The notes below the pieces were generated by a model. The model made no database searches. It was given only the letters and a program-made list of their open reading frames with translations, and was not told where the DNA came from. A stretch of DNA of 64,000 bases. Source: Verrucomicrobiales bacterium (GTDB taxonomy: Bacteria > Verrucomicrobiota > Verrucomicrobiia > Verrucomicrobiales > DEV007). The translations under genes and the position numbers were made by a program. The stretch spans positions 2,220-66,219 of the forward strand of contig JBDNIL010000161.1 in the NCBI GenBank assembly GCA_041688355.1, read 5' to 3'. Below, piece after piece: positions 26,895-37,123 of the stretch (position 1 is the stretch's first letter; each line of letters starts with the position of its first letter).

Positions 26895-27914
26895 TCAGGG
26901 AGTCGGAACGGTCGCGATCGTCTTGGAGACGCGCGAGACGACCTGATACGGATCGGCCTCTGAGTTCGGACGGCGATCTTCGAGGTACCCCTTGTATCCG
27001 TTGTTCACGAAAGAGTGAGGAACGCGGACAGAAGCACCGCGGTCGGCCACGCCGTAGCTGAACTTGTCGATCGACTGGGTCTCGTGGAGACCGGTGAGAC
27101 GGAGGTGGTTGTCAGGGCCGTAGGCCGCGATGTGCTCTTCGCAGAGACCGGCGAAGGCTGCCATGAGCGCTTCGAAGTATTCTTTGCCGCCGGTTTCGCG
27201 CAGGTAATCCGTCGAGAAGTTGCAGTGCATACCGGACCCGTTCCAGTCACCCTGGAATGGCTTGCAGTGAAGCTCAACATCGACTCCGTACTTTTCGCAA
27301 ACACGGGCGAGGAAGTAGCGAGCCACCCAGATTTCGTCAGCAGCCTTCTGTGCGCCTTTGCCGAAGACCTGGAATTCCCACTGGCCTTTGGCCACTTCAG
27401 CATTGATGCCTTCGTGGTTGATGCCGGCATCAAGACAGACGTCGAGGTGCTCTTCCACGATGGCGCGGGCGAGATCCCCCACGGCCGAGGAGCTGACACC
27501 ACAGTAGTATTCACCCTGCGGGTCGGGATAGCCCGAGTCAGGCCAGCCGAGCGGGCGACCTTCCTGGAAAAGGAAATATTCCTGCTCGAGACCGATCCAG
27601 AGACCGGGGTCTTCAGCGATGGTTGCGCGACCGTTTGACGGGTGGGGGGTGACCCCGTCGGGCAACATGACTTCGCACAACACGACGAAACCATTGCTAC
27701 GGGTGGAGTCGGGATAGAGCCCAACGGGCTTAAGCATACAGTCCGAGCTCTTGCCTTCGGCCTGACGAGTCGAACTCCCGTCGAATCCCCAGAGCGGGCA
27801 ATCGGCGAGGGTGAACGAATCAGGGTTTCCATCCGCAATTTTCGTCTTGCCGCGGAGGTTCGGCACGGGCTCGTAACCGTCGAGCCAGATGTATTCCAAT
27901 TTCAGTTTAGCCAT
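26895..27914 (-). CDS. glnII: Glutamine synthetase type II
   Basis: 339 aa. MAKLKLEYIWLDGYEPVPNLRGKTKI is the typical GSII N-terminus. The catalytic-domain blocks GLEQEYFLF, GINAEVAKGQWEFQ, NGSGMHCNFS are present. Confidence 0.9.
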   Translation of the reverse strand: MAKLKLEYIWLDGYEPVPNLRGKTKIADGNPDSFTLADCPLWGFDGSSTRQAEGKSSDCMLKPVGLYPDSTRSNGFVVLCEVMLPDGVTPHPSNGRATIAEDPGLWIGLEQEYFLFQEGRPLGWPDSGYPDPQGEYYCGVSSSAVGDLARAIVEEHLDVCLDAGINHEGINAEVAKGQWEFQVFGKGAQKAADEIWVARYFLARVCEKYGVDVELHCKPFQGDWNGSGMHCNFSTDYLRETGGKEYFEALMAAFAGLCEEHIAAYGPDNHLRLTGLHETQSIDKFSYGVADRGASVRVPHSFVNNGYKGYLEDRRPNSEADPYQVVSRVSKTIATVPTP

Positions 27915-28018
27915 TTTAACTTGTTGTCGTTTTGTATTTTACATTCGAAGCCCTGCAACTGCCTGAGCAACCTGCGCCTACGGCACGAACTTCGGGTTGA
28001 GAAACCACGGGGTAGGGA

Positions 28019-28034
28019 AGCAAGCTCCGTGCCA
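28019..28034 (-). promoter_or_regulatory. Sigma-54 (-24/-12) promoter upstream of glnII
   Basis: The minus strand reads TGGCACGGAGCTTGCT, an exact fit to TGGCAC-N5-TTGCW. It is oriented toward glnII, about 105 nt upstream of its ATG. Confidence 0.6.
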
Positions 28035-28096
28035 TTTGTCAACGCGGCCGCGAAAATAATATTCGAAATCGGAGCCGCTCCCAGAGGATAAGCAAC

Positions 28097-29113
28097 TTAC
28101 TGCCGGCACCCCTCGAGGAGGACACTGAGGAAGGTGGAGATCCCCATGAGGGCCACCTTGTGCTCGCTCTCGTCGAGGACAGCGAGACACTCGCGCCCTT
28201 TTTCCACGAGCGCCTGGCCCGTGTCGAGGGACGCTTCGATCGAGCCCGCGTAGTCGGCAATGTTGGCGAGAACAGAGATGTCGATGGGCTCTTTCTGGAT
28301 AAGGAGACGATTCAGCTTCTCGCGCTGACGCTCGTTCGCGCCGGCGAGTAGGTTGAGGATGGGCAAAGTGAGCTTGCCCTTGTTGAGGTCAGTACGGAGA
28401 GTCTTGCCATATTCTTTTTCCTCCCCGATGAGGTCAATGCAATCGTCGTAGACCTGGTAGGCGGTGCCGATGTGCAGCCCGAAATCCCGGAGAGACTCGC
28501 ACACGCTCTCGCTCTGCCCGTTGATGCGCGCTCCCAGCTCCATCGCAGCGGCGAAAAGAGCGGCGGTCTTTTTACGAATGATTTCAAAGTAGTCCTGGCG
28601 CGTCAGTTGCAGATCGAAGCGACGTTGAGTCTGGATGATCTCCCCGCTGCAGACTTCGTTCGCCGAGATCGCGACCTTTCTCCCGATGATGGGGTCTTCG
28701 AACTCGGTCGAGAGCATGAGCGCGTGGGAAAAAAGACAATCGCCGAGGAGGACGCTGAGGGCATTGCCCCACTTCGCATTGGCCGTGGGGGCCTGCCGCC
28801 GGATCTCTGCTCCGTCGATGATGTCGTCGTGTACGAGCGTGGCGACGTGGATCAGTTCGAGGATGACGGCGAGCTTGTGGTGATCGTCCTCGATCCCACC
28901 GGTCGCGCCGCCGGCGAGAAAGGCGAGAGCCGGTCGGATTCGCTTCCCCGAAGTATTCAGGATGTAGGCTACATACGGCTCCACCGCAGGGTCGAAGGCC
29001 TCGGCCTGGTCCCGGATGCGGGACTCCACGCGATCCAGCTCGGGGCGGAGGAAGGCGAAGGGCGAAAGCTCGCTCCCGTTCGCTGTATCCAGAAGAGGTG
29101 GGTTCGATGTCAT
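28097..29113 (-). CDS. Long-chain polyprenyl diphosphate synthase (IspB-like)
   Basis: First DDxxD in LVHDDIIDG. Second Asp-rich motif in YQVYDDCIDL. 338 aa. Confidence 0.85.
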   Translation of the reverse strand: MTSNPPLLDTANGSELSPFAFLRPELDRVESRIRDQAEAFDPAVEPYVAYILNTSGKRIRPALAFLAGGATGGIEDDHHKLAVILELIHVATLVHDDIIDGAEIRRQAPTANAKWGNALSVLLGDCLFSHALMLSTEFEDPIIGRKVAISANEVCSGEIIQTQRRFDLQLTRQDYFEIIRKKTAALFAAAMELGARINGQSESVCESLRDFGLHIGTAYQVYDDCIDLIGEEKEYGKTLRTDLNKGKLTLPILNLLAGANERQREKLNRLLIQKEPIDISVLANIADYAGSIEASLDTGQALVEKGRECLAVLDESEHKVALMGISTFLSVLLEGCRQ

Positions 29114-29349
29114 GTCGTAGAGTTTCGGCAGAGAGGAAGGCGGTTTCGGAAGACCATGCTAAGCAGAGATTACGACCGCAGCGACTCGTCGGCGTCATTT
29201 TTGCCCTTATTGTGGCGGGATTCCAGTCATTTTCTGACTCAACAAAAAAGGACCATCGTCTCTGAAATCGAGAAAAAAGACTCTCCCTCCCATTTCCGTG
29301 ATAAAATACGGACGCTTTGCATTTACAATAAATACCAAAGCAATCTGGA

Positions 29350-30324
29350 ATGCCATCGCCTCCTCCTCACGATCCCTTCTCCCCTCCCCCTCTGCCCCCG
29401 ACAGAGGTGGTCTCGATTAAAAAGAGGGCGCGACTCAGCACCGGAGTCCGGATGGTGCTTGGAAGCTCCCTCGTTGCCCTGGTCTCACTCGGGTCCTGGG
29501 TCGGATTGCAGATCTCCGTTCAGGAGCCCCCGGACCGGACTTTCACCCTGCCGGCGATTCCCCCCGACCCAGCGCCTCCCGCAGAGCTCGTCGCGTCTCC
29601 GCCAGAGGCCGATCCTGCGGTGGGCGAATCTTCGCCCCCGAAAGAGGACCTGAGACGCGAGCTGGCCGAATCGGAGAATCCCGATGCCTCCCTTTTTCTC
29701 CGTGTCGCCGCCGCCATCTCAAGTCAAGGAGGGCAGGCCGAGGCCACCGGAATCCTCCGCGGCGGTCTCGCCCGACACCCGCAAGACGAGAATCTCCTCA
29801 TCGCCCTGGCAGATCAGCTTTTTGCCACCGGCACCCCGGCCGAGGCCTGGGAGATGGTCGCCCGCACCGGCCGCCTTAACGACTCGCGCTTCGCCTCGCG
29901 ACTCCTGCAGTTCAGTCTCGACGCCGGACGCGCTGACGAGACGCTCGTCATTCTCGACGCGGCGGGTGATGCGCTTCCGAACTGGTCGGACGAGGACTGG
30001 CTCATGCTCGTCCGCATCCACGAAGAGACAGGGCAAATCGACCGGGCCGTCGAAATCGCAGACCGCAGGATCAGTGACCGCAGCGAACTTTTCCGGCTGC
30101 GGTCGCGACAGGCCGGACAGGCAGGGCAGCTCGACGAGGCCATCTTCAATCAGGAGCAATACCTCGCCCATCTCGCGGAACCGTCGGCCGGAGAATGGCT
30201 GAGTTTGTCCAAAATGTACGGGACCGCCGGCCGGACCGAAGAAGCCGCCCGAGCGCTGCTTCAGGCAGATAGAACGGGCACTGCTCCAGCCCCCTCCACG
30301 CCTCCGGGGATCTCATCGCCGTGA
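29350..30324 (+). CDS. Membrane-anchored proline-rich/TPR-like hypothetical protein
   Basis: Pro-rich N-terminus, one TM segment (MVLGSSLVALVSLGSWVGLQI), and a helical-repeat C-terminal region. Confidence 0.55.
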   Translation: MPSPPPHDPFSPPPLPPTEVVSIKKRARLSTGVRMVLGSSLVALVSLGSWVGLQISVQEPPDRTFTLPAIPPDPAPPAELVASPPEADPAVGESSPPKEDLRRELAESENPDASLFLRVAAAISSQGGQAEATGILRGGLARHPQDENLLIALADQLFATGTPAEAWEMVARTGRLNDSRFASRLLQFSLDAGRADETLVILDAAGDALPNWSDEDWLMLVRIHEETGQIDRAVEIADRRISDRSELFRLRSRQAGQAGQLDEAIFNQEQYLAHLAEPSAGEWLSLSKMYGTAGRTEEAARALLQADRTGTAPAPSTPPGISSP

Positions 30325-30409
30325 CGACTCCAGATGGCGCGATCACGCCACACAATCAAGTCGGGAAATACTCATTGCACGGGCCATCTCCCACGCATAG
30401 ATTTGCGTT

Positions 30410-30649
30410 GTGAACACATACTATTTAGCTTTCGGTCTGGGAATGCAGGAGATGATCGTCATCTTCCTGATCGTCCTCCTCCTGTTCGGTGCGAAAAAGA
30501 TCCCCGAGCTGGCACGAGGCGTGGGCAAGGGCATGGGCGAGTTCAAAAAAGCCAAGCACGAGTTCGAGCGCGAGATCAAGATGGGTGAGGACGAAGGCAA
30601 GCGTGAGTGGGATAAACCCGCCAACGACGACACTCATCCGAAAGACTGA
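30410..30649 (+). CDS. tatA: Twin-arginine translocase subunit TatA/E
   Basis: [34 protein letters not shown] is the canonical TatA TM segment plus amphipathic helix. The alternative start ATG 30443 is equally plausible. Confidence 0.9.
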   Translation: MNTYYLAFGLGMQEMIVIFLIVLLLFGAKKIPELARGVGKGMGEFKKAKHEFEREIKMGEDEGKREWDKPANDDTHPKD

Positions 30650-30672
30650 TCTTTTTCGAGGAAAATTCCCCG

Positions 30673-31620
30673 ATGACTTCAAGGAAGACCACTTTGCCCT
30701 ACAGAGTGGTCTTTTTTTGTAGTCTACTCTCTTCCCTGCTACCCCGGGGGGCTCACGCGGAAAAAAACGCGCCGACCGCCGACCCTGTAACCGTTGTCTT
30801 CTACAATCTGCGGAACTATCTCTCGATGGAGCGCCGCATCAAGGGCGAGGTCGTCGCAGATGCCCCCAAGCCCGAGAGCGAGATCGAGGCCGTCATCGAG
30901 GGACTCGTCGCGATCAGGCCAGACATCCTCGGTGTCTGTGAGATCGGCGACGAGACCCATATTGCCGACCTGCAGACGCGCCTCAAGGCAGCCGGGATCG
31001 ATCTGCCCCACACCGAGATGGTAAGAGACTCGGCAGGCTGGAACCGCAATCTCGCCCTCTTCTCCCGCTACCCTATCGTCGGGCGCTACTCCCGCGATAA
31101 CTACGCCTATCAACTCGCCGGGACCCGACACTACTTTCAACGCGGCATCCTCGACGTAAAGCTGGCGATCCATCCGCAGTACCACCTCCGCTACATCGGC
31201 CTGCACCTGAAATCGAAGCGCGACGTGCCCGAGGGCGACGAATCGCTCATGCGCCTGAACGAGGCCCGCCTCGCCCGCGAGCACATCGACCGCATCCTCA
31301 AAGAAGAACCGGGGACCAATCTCCTCGTCATGGGGGACCTCAACGACATCCGCATCGAACCACCGATCAAGACTCTGCAGGGCGGATTCGGGAGTGGCGG
31401 ATACCTCAAGGCTCTCGGACTGTCAGACGAAGAGGGCTTCACCTGGACGCACTACTGGTCCTTTGCCGATGTCTATTCCCGCTTCGACTACGCTCTCTAC
31501 GGCGAAGGCCTCGCCGGCGAGTTCAATCGCGACCTCTGCCGCATTCATCACTGGAAAAACTGGGAAAAGGCGAGCGATCACCGGCCGCTCGTGATCTCCC
31601 TGATTCCCATCGACAAGTGA
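30673..31620 (+). CDS. Endonuclease/exonuclease/phosphatase (EEP) family protein, secreted
   Basis: Signal peptide present. Family blocks VVFYNLRNYL, DILGVCEIGD and the C-terminal SDHRPLV. Confidence 0.8.
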   Translation: MTSRKTTLPYRVVFFCSLLSSLLPRGAHAEKNAPTADPVTVVFYNLRNYLSMERRIKGEVVADAPKPESEIEAVIEGLVAIRPDILGVCEIGDETHIADLQTRLKAAGIDLPHTEMVRDSAGWNRNLALFSRYPIVGRYSRDNYAYQLAGTRHYFQRGILDVKLAIHPQYHLRYIGLHLKSKRDVPEGDESLMRLNEARLAREHIDRILKEEPGTNLLVMGDLNDIRIEPPIKTLQGGFGSGGYLKALGLSDEEGFTWTHYWSFADVYSRFDYALYGEGLAGEFNRDLCRIHHWKNWEKASDHRPLVISLIPIDK

Positions 31621-31642
31621 GCGACAGGGAGCAGCGGTGCCC

Positions 31643-33781
31643 TCAGCGAAAGAATCGTCCCGCGAGATAATCCATGAGCTTCTTCAACTCTTCGGCCGAG
31701 AGGACACGCTCGAAGAGGATGAGTTCGAAGAGGATGTTTCCCGAAGGCGAATCATAGGAATCACCAAAGCCTCGTTTTCCGATCGCCACGATTCCGAGAG
31801 GCGCACCGCTCACCTCGATGGGACCCTTTGCCTCTGTCGGCGCGGGAGAGCCCGCCGGGCGGATCGAGAGTGACTGCTCTTTTGCCGCAGGATCCCATCG
31901 GTAGCCGATGATGCCGAGGGATCCACTCTCCCAGAGCAGCCCGAGACGGTTTTCGGGGCCGTCTTTCACGGCGCGATTGATCGCAGTCACTTTCCCGTCG
32001 TAGCCAGTCGCGAGTTGGACATATCGACCGTCCCAGACCGGGGCCTGAAGCCGGAAGACGCGGTCATCGCCCGCTTCGAGCCGCACCACCGCGATGAGAG
32101 TAAATCCCCGCGACAGCGACGCCTCGCTCTTCGTCGCCGTGAGCGCGGTGCGGTTCGTCGTCGTGAGCCCGCGATAGACTCCGCGCAGGACAGGATACTC
32201 ATCCGGCCCGACACGCACCAGTAGGGGGAGATGAGTCCCGTTCGGATCGCCGCCGTCGCGGAAGAGGGACCGCTCCTTCGCATCGCTCGCCAGGTTCAGC
32301 CAGGCAGCCACCGGTGCGCCCGGATCAGCCGACGTGCGGTAGTCTCGCCCGAAAGTTCCTTTGCTACCCGAGAACCAGTCAAAGAGCCCCTCTCTGACCG
32401 GCAACGCGGGCGGATCGGGTAGCCCATCTGCCCGGGTGAGTGGTGCCGGCGGTGGCAGAGGATCGAGCTTGGGGGCTGCTTCAGCGGCGGCAGCGGCGCT
32501 CGTGTCAGCCACTGCGGTCCCGTCGTCTCCCCGATCCGTGTTCAGGTAAAAGACGAGCCCCAGAGCTGCGATCGCCGCGATGACCCCGGCGACGAGCCAC
32601 TTCCCGCTTCCCGCGAGGAGGTCGGTCTCCGCTTTCTTCACCGGCCGCGAGGGTCCGGTGTGGCGACCGTGTAGCGGACCAGTGCCGGCAGCGAGAGCTT
32701 GTCGCGAGCTTTTGGTCGAGGGCAGCGGCGCGCCCGAACCGGCAGCACCGCCCACCGGACTGGTGCCGCGACGCCCGGCGGGGATCGGGCCGCTCGCTGT
32801 CCGGATGACCCGTGTCACCGGCCCGCTCGGCGGACGCACCGGTCCGCTCCCGGGAGGACCGACAGGCCCGGTCGTGGGCGGGCCTACCGGTATCATGGCC
32901 GCAAAGGGGATGTCATCGTCAAAGTCGTCGACCTTTGCCGGAGGGACAAAAGGGATCCCTTTGAGCGCCTGATGGAATTCCTTGAGCGCTTCGCGCGCAC
33001 TATCCGGACGATCAGAGGGCTGTCGGGAGACCAGGCGCATGATCCATTCCGCCACGAGCGGCGGGATATCGGTCCTGACGTCACCGATGGGCTTGCAGCG
33101 ATGCCGGATGTGATTCATCGATGTCTCGGCCGGATTGCCCCCGGTAAAGGGCGACTCCTGCGCGAGCATGTAGTAAAAAACGCAGCCGAGGGAGTACAGG
33201 TCGGTGCGCTGATCGAGCGGCCGCAACTCCAGTTGCTCGGGCGCAATGAAGTCGATCGAACCGAGAAAAGACCCGCGTTGATCCAGGGTCTGGACCGAAG
33301 GCTGCTGGCTGAACTTGGCGAGCCCGAAGTCCAACAGCTTCACGAGAAAGCGCCCCGACGCCGTCACCGTGAGCATGATGTTACCCGGCTTGATATCCCG
33401 GTGGAGCAGGTTCAGGTCGCCGGCGGCGACGAGCGGCTCGAGGCATTGCTCCGCCACATAGCTGAAGTCCTCCCGAGAGAGAGCGCCCGACTTCATGATG
33501 GAGTGGAGATCTTCGCCCTCGACCAGTTCCATCACGACAAAGGGCCCCTCGGCATCCTCTTCAATTGCGAAGACCGTAACCACGTTGGGGTGCTGGAAGC
33601 GGGCCAGTGCCGCCGCCTCACGGGCGAGCGATTCGCTGGATGCTTCGTTCAGATTGGTTTCCTCAACGGGGAGGAGCCGCTTAATCGCGACATCGCGCCC
33701 CATGACGGTGTCATAAGCGCGGTAGACAGCGCTCATGCCTCCCCTGCCCACTCTCCCGCGAACCTGATACCGTTCTGACAT
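31643..33781 (-). CDS. Ser/Thr protein kinase with a TM segment and a C-terminal LamG/concanavalin-like domain
   Basis: GRGGMSAVY, AIKRL, HRDIKPGNIML, DFGLAKF. TM segment WLVAGVIAAIAALGLVFYL. The C-terminal ...ILFELILFERVLSAEELKKLMDYL is typical of LamG_3-type ends. Confidence 0.85.
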   Translation of the reverse strand: MSERYQVRGRVGRGGMSAVYRAYDTVMGRDVAIKRLLPVEETNLNEASSESLAREAAALARFQHPNVVTVFAIEEDAEGPFVVMELVEGEDLHSIMKSGALSREDFSYVAEQCLEPLVAAGDLNLLHRDIKPGNIMLTVTASGRFLVKLLDFGLAKFSQQPSVQTLDQRGSFLGSIDFIAPEQLELRPLDQRTDLYSLGCVFYYMLAQESPFTGGNPAETSMNHIRHRCKPIGDVRTDIPPLVAEWIMRLVSRQPSDRPDSAREALKEFHQALKGIPFVPPAKVDDFDDDIPFAAMIPVGPPTTGPVGPPGSGPVRPPSGPVTRVIRTASGPIPAGRRGTSPVGGAAGSGAPLPSTKSSRQALAAGTGPLHGRHTGPSRPVKKAETDLLAGSGKWLVAGVIAAIAALGLVFYLNTDRGDDGTAVADTSAAAAAEAAPKLDPLPPPAPLTRADGLPDPPALPVREGLFDWFSGSKGTFGRDYRTSADPGAPVAAWLNLASDAKERSLFRDGGDPNGTHLPLLVRVGPDEYPVLRGVYRGLTTTNRTALTATKSEASLSRGFTLIAVVRLEAGDDRVFRLQAPVWDGRYVQLATGYDGKVTAINRAVKDGPENRLGLLWESGSLGIIGYRWDPAAKEQSLSIRPAGSPAPTEAKGPIEVSGAPLGIVAIGKRGFGDSYDSPSGNILFELILFERVLSAEELKKLMDYLAGRFFR

Positions 33782-33943
33782 GATTGTAGCGGACTCACTC
33801 GCGGTTACCCACCGCAGCGCCCTTTTTATCTCGACACTTTACCGGTTGATTGTCCAACATTTCTTGAGCATATCCAAGTAAAACGAACGCAGTAGTGCAT
33901 CAAACATCACCTTCCTTTCTGTCTCCCCTTTCCCTTTTCCCTT

Positions 33944-34855
33944 ATGGAAGCCTCTCCCCCTCTTCTCGCAGCCATCGAAGCCGGCGGCACCAAGTATGTC
34001 TGCTCGGTCGCCTTTGACCCTCGCGAGCCGCTCCTCGAGACCCGTTTCCCCACTGGTGACCCTGCGGAGACGCTCGCCCGTGCAGCGGACTTTTTCCGGG
34101 AAGCGGCCGCGATCCACGGTCCCATCGCGGCGATGGGCATCGGTACCTTCGGACCGGCGGAGATCGATCCGGCGGCGGCGGATTTCGGCCGCATTCTCAC
34201 GACACCGAAACAGGGCTGGACCGGATACGGAGTCGTCGCGGCGATCCGCGAGAGCCTCGGCAGCGGCTTCCCTATCACCTTCGAGACCGACGTCAATGCC
34301 GCCGTCCTCGCCGAAGCCGTCTACGGAGCGGCCCGGGGGAAACGCCACGTCGCCTACATCACTATCGGAACGGGCATCGGGGGCGGTTTTCTCACCGACG
34401 GCAGACTGCTCCACGGTCGCATGCACCCCGAGATCGGGCATCTCATCGTGCCTGACCTCGATGTCGCCTATGGCAAAGCGAGCAATGTCTGTCCCTTCCA
34501 CGAATCCTGCCTCGAGGGACGGGCGAGCGGCCCGGCGATCGAAGCTCGCTGGGGAATACCCGGCCACGAACTGCCCGACGACCACCCCGCCTGGGAACTC
34601 GAGGCGAAGTATCTCGCCGTCGGCTGCATCAACCTCACGGCGGCGTGGTCACCCGATATCATCATCCTCGGTGGCGGCGTATCGCAAAAGTCGGGTCTGA
34701 TCGAGCGGGTCCGCCACGAGTTCATCAGACTCGCGGGGGACTACTGGTCGCTGCCCGATCCGGCGGAGTACCTGCGCCTGCCCGAGCTCGACCAGCAGGC
34801 CGGGATCGTGGGAGCACTGCTGCTCGCCCGACAGCTGCTCACGCCAGTTGGCTGA
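33944..34855 (+). CDS. ROK-family sugar kinase (fructokinase/Mak-like)
   Basis: AAIEAGGTKYV N-terminal ATP motif, ITIGTGIGGG, and the Cys/His zinc motif region CPFHESCLEGRASGPA. Confidence 0.8.
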   Translation: MEASPPLLAAIEAGGTKYVCSVAFDPREPLLETRFPTGDPAETLARAADFFREAAAIHGPIAAMGIGTFGPAEIDPAAADFGRILTTPKQGWTGYGVVAAIRESLGSGFPITFETDVNAAVLAEAVYGAARGKRHVAYITIGTGIGGGFLTDGRLLHGRMHPEIGHLIVPDLDVAYGKASNVCPFHESCLEGRASGPAIEARWGIPGHELPDDHPAWELEAKYLAVGCINLTAAWSPDIIILGGGVSQKSGLIERVRHEFIRLAGDYWSLPDPAEYLRLPELDQQAGIVGALLLARQLLTPVG

Positions 34856-36197
34856 GACGACCGGTCGAGTCGCCGAAGCGCTCTTCCTTCACCCCGGCGC
34901 GATCAAGCAGACTGAGGAGCACATTGCTCATCGGCGTGGGTTCGGCGAGCACGGTGTGGTGACCGGTCTTGATCGTGCCACCGCCCTGACCGGCGACGAT
35001 CATCGGTAGATTGGTATGGCTGTGCCTATTCGGATCCGCGAGGCCGCAGCCCCAGACGATCATAGAATTATGCAGGAGCGATTTGCCATCGACATCCTTC
35101 TTCGCTTTCAACTGCTCGAGGAAGTAAGCGAACTGCTGCGAATAGAAAAGGTCCACCTTCGCGAGCTTATCGAGGACCTCGGGGGCATTCTGGTGATGCG
35201 AGATGGAGTGGTGCCCGTCGGGCACGCCGATCTCTTTGAAGCTGCGATTGCTGCCGTCGTGGGCAAGGAGGAAGGTCGCTACCCGGGTCGAGTCGGTCTC
35301 GAAGGCGAGCACGAGCATGTCCATCATCAGACGCACGTGTTCCTCGTAGCTCGCAGGAACACCGTCCGGCACCTCGATGCCCGGATCCTCGGGCAGACCG
35401 AATTTTTCGGCCTTCTCGATCCGGCGCTCGATCTCGCGAACGCCGGTCATGTACTCGTCGAGCTTCAACTGGTCATTGCGCCCGAGCTGCTTGTTGAGCA
35501 TCTTCGCGTCCTCCATCACGAAGTCGAGGATGGAGCGCTGGCGCTGGTTGCGCAGCTCGAAGCCTTGTTTACGATCCCCTTTCGAGCCCGCTCCGAAGAG
35601 ACGCTCGAAGACATGGCGCGGATTTGACTCGGGCGTCATCGGGGTCGTATCGGACCGCCACGAGAGATTGAACTGGTAAGCGCAGGAGTAACCCGAGTCG
35701 CACACGCCCGCCTTGCGCACCCCGTCACAGGAGAGCTCGAGCGAGGAAAAGCGGGTCTTGTCGCCGACATGATTTGCGATGACCTGGTCGGCCGAGATCC
35801 CGAGCTTGATGTCGGCCCCGGCCGTTTTGCGGGGACGCGCTCCTGTGAGAAAGGTCGCGTTGGCCCGGGCGTGGTCACCCCCTCCATCGCTGCCGGCCGT
35901 ACCGTTCTTGTGCTCGAGGTTGCCGATGATGTGGAGATCGTCGCGGAACTTCGCATAGGGCTCGTGAGTGGCGCCGAGAGTGAATTCCCCGCCTGTCCCG
36001 GTGACGGCCCACTGGTCCATGTTCATCCCGTTCGGCTTGTAGAGGAACGCGGTGCGCAGCGGAGCACCCGAGGCGGTCGTCGCGGCGCTGCCTTCGGCGG
36101 CGGCGAGTTGGCGGGGCAGGAAGGTCTCCAGGGCCGGGAGAGCAACCCCGGCTCCGAGGCCTTTGAGGAAAATGCGGCGATTTACGGTGGGATTCAT
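34839..36197 (-). CDS. Tat-signal DUF1552-like protein (PVC-typical)
   Basis: Twin-arginine signal NRRIFLKGLGAGVALPALETF. The blocks SADQVIA, NPRHVFERLFG, SILDFV...LDEYMTGVREIERRI, GHHSISHH match my recollection of DUF1552; the family name is from memory. Start moved to ATG 36197. Confidence 0.65.
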   Translation of the reverse strand: MNPTVNRRIFLKGLGAGVALPALETFLPRQLAAAEGSAATTASGAPLRTAFLYKPNGMNMDQWAVTGTGGEFTLGATHEPYAKFRDDLHIIGNLEHKNGTAGSDGGGDHARANATFLTGARPRKTAGADIKLGISADQVIANHVGDKTRFSSLELSCDGVRKAGVCDSGYSCAYQFNLSWRSDTTPMTPESNPRHVFERLFGAGSKGDRKQGFELRNQRQRSILDFVMEDAKMLNKQLGRNDQLKLDEYMTGVREIERRIEKAEKFGLPEDPGIEVPDGVPASYEEHVRLMMDMLVLAFETDSTRVATFLLAHDGSNRSFKEIGVPDGHHSISHHQNAPEVLDKLAKVDLFYSQQFAYFLEQLKAKKDVDGKSLLHNSMIVWGCGLADPNRHSHTNLPMIVAGQGGGTIKTGHHTVLAEPTPMSNVLLSLLDRAGVKEERFGDSTGRLSQLA

Positions 36198-36301
36198 GGC
36201 GAAAAGGGTTGGTGCGGACAGCCTGCTACTATTGACAGGATACGTTCGCGCCGCGTTCAAACAATTAACGTATTCAAGGACGACCGAAAGTGTCATTCGG
36301 G

Positions 36302-37123
36302 CTATTCGACTGACTTCGCCGGCGCCCTGCCGAGCGCCCGCACAAACGCGACGAGTTCCCAGATCTCCTTTTCACTGAGAAGGCCGGCGTAGCCTATCAT
36401 CGGAGTCCCGTTCATCCCCGTCGCGATGGTGCGGTAAAGATCGCGCGGCGAATCGCCCGACTTGTGATGCGGGGAGGCAAGATTCGCGGGGAAAATGGGC
36501 TCATTCCATGCATCCATGAGACTGCCGGCTCCCTGCCCGTCGCCCCTGCCTTCCGCCCCATGGCAGATCACGCAGAGCTGGGCGAATCGCGTCTTTCCGT
36601 TCGCCGCGTGAATGGCGGCTTGCTTCTCGAGCGCGAACCATTCCGGCACCGGCGGGATCGTGAGTGGCACCGCGACGAGCGTGGGATCGTTCCAAGTCCG
36701 CGAGAGATTCTGCAAGTAGACGATCAGGGCACCGACCTCTTCGTCGGAGATCCGGGTGAAAACTGGCATCGCCGTTCCGGAGATCCCACTGCGGATCGTG
36801 CGGCGCAGATCGTCTTTCACCGGGAGCATTCCGAACGGGGTCGTGCGGAATTTAAACAAGCCCGTCCGGAAGTTGCGCGGTTTCGTCTCGAGCTCTGCCG
36901 CCCACGGACCGTTCCCGCGCCCGGTCGTGCCATGGCAATCGGCGCAGTGCTTTTGGAAGAGGTAGCGCCCCTTCATATAAAGAGGGAGTTCACGCCGTTT
37001 TTCCCCGCTCATCTCTGCTGCCGGAGCGGCATCCTGCGAGAGTAGCCATTCTCCCGTCGAAGCGACGAAGGCCGTGCACATGAATCCCGCTAAAAGAGAT
37101 AGATGCTTGATGGAAAGAGACAT
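36302..37123 (-). CDS. Di-heme c-type cytochrome, membrane-anchored or secreted
   Basis: Two CxxCH sites (CADCH, CVICH), each followed by a Met-containing distal segment. N-terminal hydrophobic anchor. Confidence 0.85.
   Translation of the reverse strand: MSLSIKHLSLLAGFMCTAFVASTGEWLLSQDAAPAAEMSGEKRRELPLYMKGRYLFQKHCADCHGTTGRGNGPWAAELETKPRNFRTGLFKFRTTPFGMLPVKDDLRRTIRSGISGTAMPVFTRISDEEVGALIVYLQNLSRTWNDPTLVAVPLTIPPVPEWFALEKQAAIHAANGKTRFAQLCVICHGAEGRGDGQGAGSLMDAWNEPIFPANLASPHHKSGDSPRDLYRTIATGMNGTPMIGYAGLLSEKEIWELVAFVRALGRAPAKSVE

Noticed and set aside
33911-33943. 33-nt polypyrimidine tract (ccttcctttctgtctcccctttcccttttccctt) immediately upstream of the ROK kinase ATG.
   Set aside because: It is noted as unusual because there is no purine-rich ribosome-binding site. 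I have no basis for assigning a function, and it may simply reflect SD-independent initiation.
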